From Callorhinchus milii (taxonomy: Eukaryota): DNA of 64,000 nucleotides. Below, one piece after another: positions 58,755 to 64,000 of the stretch. A program made the translations under genes and the position numbers. The stretch lies in assembly GCF_018977255.1 (NCBI RefSeq), contig NW_024704746.1, forward strand, positions 36,270,001 to 36,334,000, given 5' to 3'. Each line of letters begins with the position of its first letter. The first letter of the stretch is position 1. Below the pieces are notes generated by a model. That model was not told the DNA's origin and searched no databases. It saw only the letters and a program-made list of their open reading frames with translations.

Positions 58755-59432
58755 AAGTTCGACCCACAGCTGTCCTTCCTTCCCCACATCTGACCAGGAC
58801 CACCTTCCTCCACCTCTGCCACATTGCCCACCGCCGACTATACCTTTCCCTAGATGCAGCCGAAACCCTCATCCATGCGTTTGTTACCTCCTGACTCGAC
58901 TTTTGAAATGCCCTCTTCACTGGTCTCCCCAGTCCCATCATGCAAAAGATCCAGCTACTCCAAAACTGCGCCGCCCAGATACTTATCCGCACTAAACTCC
59001 GTACCACCATCACACCAGTTCTAGCCAGCCTCCACTGGCTCTCTATCGCTGAATGGATCGTTTTCAAGATCCGCACACTCGTTTTCAAATCCCTTCGTGC
59101 CCTGGCACCTCCCTACCTCTCTGACCTGCTTACCTCCCAACCCACAACCAGCTACGTCCGCTCAACTGGCTCCGGCCATCTACATGTTCTCGTGCCCTCT
59201 GTTCCACCATCCTTGCTTTCAGCCACTATGCCCTGAAACCCTGGAACACTCTTCCTCTATCCCTTCGTCTTGCCCCTTCCTTCCTCATCTTCAGGTCGTG
59301 CCCGAAGACCTTCCTCTTCGATCGTGCCTACGGTCACCTTTTCCCAGCTCGGTGTCCGGCTCTGTCACTGTAAAGAGCTCTGGTACGCGAGCCTGCGTGA
59401 GGGGCGCTATATAAATGCAAGTTGTTGTTGTA
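58755..59432 (+). mobile_element. L2-clade LINE 3' fragment
   Basis: Encodes AETLIHAFVTS and QKIQLLQNCAAQIL...ITPVLASLHWL...FKIRTLVFKSLRALAPPYLSDLL. Tail gcgctatataaatgcaagttgttgttg. Confidence 0.9.
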
Positions 59433-60597
59433 GTACTAAATTATGGTTTATTTTTACAAAGTAAAACTACATTCAAAGGAATATTCACAGACAATTTATA
59501 AATAAAAAAACATTTAAAAGAATGCATCATTTTTTGAGATGAGACAGTGAAATTTGGAAAATGATTAATTGAATTCTGCTACCAAACTGAAGCACAGAAG
59601 TGTACATCTTTCCCACAAGAATTACCACCAATTGTGGAACTACGTTTTCTTACTTAAGAACAAATTTACATCATACATAAAGTTACTCAACACAGCTATG
59701 GATGTTCTTACATAATATAGATATCCATTTATTTTAACCCTATTTGGACTGTGATAACATTGGACAACATTTAAAACCTAAATCTTTGTTTTTACTTTAC
59801 AGGTCAGTTACAAAAATGTCTATTTTTTCAGTTTTCAATCCAATACTCTCTTCTCCCTTAATTCTTCATTGAATGCAAATATGAGGATTCTTCATCTGGA
59901 AGGGCTGCGGACTTCTCCCTGAATACAGTCAATACTGTGCTTAACTTGCAGACAGGAGGTATGTTTGGAGTAGCACTGGGATCCTGTAAATCAAACAAAT
60001 TGTAATTCATTTTCTTACCTCAGTATGTGCTTTAAAACTGGGTCTAGTCTAACGGGATTTAAATCAGCCTAATGCTAAATCTAATTTTTTTGTCCAGCAT
60101 TCTTTAGCTCTTCTGATGAAGCAAAGTGCATACATCAGCTGGTAACTTGACAACGTTTGACATATGGCATGCTTTGAAGCATATACATAGTACAAATATT
60201 GAGGAGATTGAATTCAGTTTTGATCAATACATGCAAAGGTGATTTGATCTTTCTGTATAAATTCTGTTTGACCTGGGGTTATCTGGTTGGGAAGGAAAAA
60301 CACCACACAGTACTGTACTGACCTTTCATTTACTTTTCTCTCATCTTTTATGTTTATTCTTGCTTTACAATATATTCTGAGAAGCGCTTTAACACATCTC
60401 GAAGATGTGATAAGGCACCATATCAAATGCAAGAATTATTACTATTAAATCTCAGCAAATAAAAGGCTAATTCAGCCTGAGTTTGAATGCACGTGTGTAT
60501 ATATAGGTAAATTTATGTACATTGTGTGTACATGTAATGAGTACATTCACATGTATATAGTGTGTATATGCATGTAATGTGTCTACATCCATTTGTA

Positions 60598-60708
60598 GAG
60601 GGTGACCAAAAAGTCGTGATACCATTACAATGTCTAATAAGTCTAATAAATGATGATTTTCATTTCGATAATCGGGTAGCTGAAAAAAAAGACTTTTTGG
60701 TCACCTTG
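60598..60708. mobile_element. Short Tc1/mariner-like MITE
   Basis: Perfect 15-bp terminal inverted repeats ggtgaccaaaaagtc (60601-60615) and gactttttggtcacc (60691-60705) in a TA-rich context. Confidence 0.65.
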
Positions 60709-60864
60709 CATATATGTGTAGAGTATATATATCTGTAGTATGTAATGATTTGGGATGCCCATGTGAAATATAGATAAATAATAATAATCCTTGCATTTGA
60801 TATAGCATTTGTAGTGTGTTTATGTCATGATCTGGATGCACAGTGTATACTTTATACAGTGTAT

Positions 60865-61212
60865 AAGCCAGAGGACCTGCGTTCGATTCCCTGTCAGGGC
60901 GAGACCTTACGCAAGTTTCCTTACTCCACACTCCTCTGTTTTACGCAGCAGTAAGGAGGAACCTGCTTGTTAGTCAATTGGTGGATCACTTTTCCGGGGA
61001 TAATAACCCCTCAAAAATAACTTGGGTCACTCAACCCACGGCTGTTTGTGGCACTCTGCTGTGCGCAATTGGGCCGCCGCGTTTTCGCCCACAAATAACA
61101 AGTCAATTCATTTCGCAGTACAATCTGCGAAGCGCTTTGCGACGGCTCTCGATAGAGGTGAGAAAGCCCGACATCAAATGCAAGGATTATTATCGTTGTT
61201 GTTATTGTTGTC
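60865..61212 (+). mobile_element. tRNA-derived SINE at the edge of the CpG island
   Basis: gttcgattccctgtcagggcgagaccttacgcaagtttccttactccacac...tcaaatgcaaggattattat. Confidence 0.8.
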
Positions 61213-61239
61213 GTTATGGGTATGTGAGGAAATGCGTGT

Positions 61240-62300
61240 GATGGGTCTCGGCGGCACATGCCTGCGCGCACGCGCAGTTGCGGACAGGCCGGGGGAGAGG
61301 GGGGGGGGAGAAAGAGCGGCGCACGCGCAGTGGCCGCGGTGCAGGTGCTGCTGCTGGAAGTTGTGGGGAGTGAGTGAGTGAGTGAGTGAGCGCGAGCGAG
61401 GGAGCGAGGGGCAGGTGGAGAAATGGAGTAAAGTTAAAAGCTCCCGGACTGTGTGTGTGTGTGTATATACAGTACAGGTGAAACTAAAACATACATCTAT
61501 GTAAAGTCGTTGTTTCAGTTCCGCTGTTAGTTTGGTTTGAAGCGGAGGGAGGAGTGAGTGAGTGAGTGTGTGTTTGCGGTGGGGACGGGCCGTCAGGTGA
61601 GTGATGTGATGTCCGTGTTACCTGGAGCGCGCGCGGCTCCCAACCAACCAACCAACCGACTTAACCGCCGCTGGTTCCAAACCGCCGGCGTTCAAATCGC
61701 GGGCGCAGCGCTCGCGCCCCCCCCCCCCCCCCCCGTTTAAAGGGGAAGTGAGTGGGGGGGGGGGGGTGTTAAAGGGGCAGCGGCTTCTCTCAGCCGTGGA
61801 CCATTTCTCTCCAGGGCTAAAACTGCGACCGCTGCCGTGCCGAGGTCACCAGCTCCCCCCGGTCGGCCCTGACGAGACGAGTCCGCCTCCCCGTTCGTTG
61901 TCGTTCCGAATCCCCCCCCCCCCCCCGGCCTTGTGCAGACGGCTCCCGGTTCGGCTCCTGTAGGCCGGAATTAGGCGGCATCCGGCCCCACTGGCGAAGT
62001 AACCGTACGCGTTAAAGCGAAGCAACTCGCGAGCTGCCAGCGTTTGGCTCCTGAGATGTTTGTGAGCAGCTATTTTTTTCCCCCTTCTCCCCCCTCCCCC
62101 CCAAAAAAAAATAATAATATTTTTTTTGACTTATTTTTTAAAAAGATGCACGTTTCACAATAACTCCCCCCCCTCCCCCCCCACCCCGATTTCGGGCATC
62201 GTCTAGAAAATGGATAGAATCGGGGGGTTCGGTAATCCCGAGTGGGTCAGAGGGGCGAGCGAGGGATTTTGGATTTAATCCAATAAGAATGATAGGATTT
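61240..62300 (+). promoter_or_regulatory. CpG-island promoter with a candidate non-coding first exon (donor cag|GTGAGT at 61597), probably RAB3IP by synteny
   Basis: CpG-dense, with NRF1-like tgcgcgca and gcgcacgcgca at 61263-61330. No coding exon lies in the window, so the identity rests only on the conserved BEST3-RAB3IP order. Confidence 0.55.
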
Positions 62301-64000
62301 CGCAAATCTCACTGTGCTTTGTGTTGCTGAAAGAGTTGGTGCGCAACCGACGGTTTCCTTTGCGAAAGGTTGGGATTGCAATCTAAGGTGAGATGGAGGG
62401 GAACTCGCAACTTAGGCAAATGTCTCTCTCTTTTTTTCGGCGCCCGACAACCTCACTTTAGACCCAGCGCTGTAGCAGTAAACCTGCGAAGGTACCAACT
62501 CCACCAGCGCTGCGCCATACCCGTACCGTACATTTATGCTGAATAGTTTTAACGAAAACGTTATTTCATACCACCCTTGATGCCGCTTTTCTGGGCATCA
62601 GCCATCCCGAGTTTGTTTTAAATGACCGGATTTGACAGCAGCATCGTGAGTATTAGCGATCCCTGTGAAAGTGCAGCTTTAATCCTCTGCCCAGTTGTAT
62701 GCTGGTGAAGCTTTGCTCCCCGAGATCCACAAAGGTGCTGACTGACCATCTGCCTGTCTTCCTGAATCTTCTCAATCCATGTCAGCATAAACATCTCCCC
62801 CCCCCCCCCCACCACTCTGCATATATTAATGCAATAATTCCAAGTACATTTCTCTTTCTACTATCAGTTGATATTGTTGGAGTTACTACTTATATTGAGA
62901 TATTATTGCCTGGGACAAGGAGTGTCCAATAAACTTTTGTTTGTTTATTTTTATTTTATTTTTAATTTTATTAGATGAAACCTTAAGTAGTTTAAACCCT
63001 GAAACATGCATGCTCTACCATTTACTGTTTATATATTTTTTAAATATAGTCTCAGTAAACAAAAACTGCTTTTCATCAATGAAACTAGGACTGAAGTTAT
63101 TGATATTATTGTGATGTGAACCTTACAGAATAATATTGCTATGTGATTCAGAGGAAATTCACACAGCTGACATTATTGCCCTGTAATCTTTTATGATTAT
63201 TTTCATATGTGCATCTTTGAAGGTTCTTTTAGAAACAATTTTATTTTCGTTTCCATCGCTTACTCTTCCTTCATCCAGTGGACGAGCGTTGGTCGACATG
63301 AACCAAGAATAGTCTTTTTAAGTTGATGCTTGATGATGCACGCTGACAGATTAAAGAATGGCACATATTCATTGCAAGTTTGAATGATAATCAACAGTTG
63401 GTTACTGGGACATAGCTTTTATAGTTTCAGTATAGACTTTGAAACTAGTTTCATTCAGTTTGGGAACCTTTCATGTCAGTGGTTATAGTGACAAATACTG
63501 ATGGACACTTGCTTTCTGTGTAGTCTAATTGCATAATGAGTGATAAACTGGTTAAAAAGAAATCAGCTGGGGATCATTACAAAGAATTTAAGAGCCTGGT
63601 AAATATATTCGAATCATGATTTCTTGAAGCCTTTATTCATCATCATGGATTTATTATTTGTTATACTTTTCTGGTAATGTTGAGTACTCTGTTTCTGTGC
63701 ACATTCGCTGCTCTTGTTGTTGGAAGGTTCATCATTCTATAAGGGTTCCTGGGCAGTCATTATTTATCAAAATGACTTCAGCTTTCTCTTGAAATAATCC
63801 ATTGTATGATGTAGATTTTGCATTAATTCATCTGGAAAATAAGCATCTGGTATTTGAAAAGCAAATCACCATCTGATCATTAGTAATACACTAGAAATAA
63901 ACCCATTTGTGAGAAAGATATAATAATTTGTGATTAATTATATTTTATAATGTACTCGTTAGGCTTCCACATTTGTTGGATTTTTTAAAATATACTACTG

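Overview
Vertebrate genomic DNA, probably from a cartilaginous fish such as a chimaera. That assignment is inferred from the tRNA-head/L2-tail and Deu-type SINEs plus L2, CR1 and LF-SINE relics. Five spliced or intronless genes can be assembled with frame-consistent GT-AG junctions: FRS2 (+, 5 coding exons, 510 aa), CCT2 (+, 16 exons, 535 aa), LRRC10 (-, one coding exon, 274 aa), a pepsin-family aspartic protease most like nothepsin (+, 9 exons, 401 aa), and BEST3 (-, 9 coding exons, 648 aa). A CpG-island promoter near the right end is probably RAB3IP by synteny. The order matches human 12q15 except for the extra protease gene. Main points of interest: (1) an intact nothepsin-like gene with three one-mismatch oestrogen response elements upstream, one abutting its TATA box; (2) a strong AT-to-GC substitution signature around LRRC10 and the CpG islands, visible in SINE copies and in the near loss of lysine from LRRC10, suggesting GC-biased gene conversion; (3) a cardiac SRF/NKX2-5/GATA/TEAD promoter module separated from the LRRC10 start by a 285-bp compound microsatellite; (4) a gapless 37-bp hairpin upstream of the BEST3 coding region. 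All homology calls are by eye and from memory; no searches were run.
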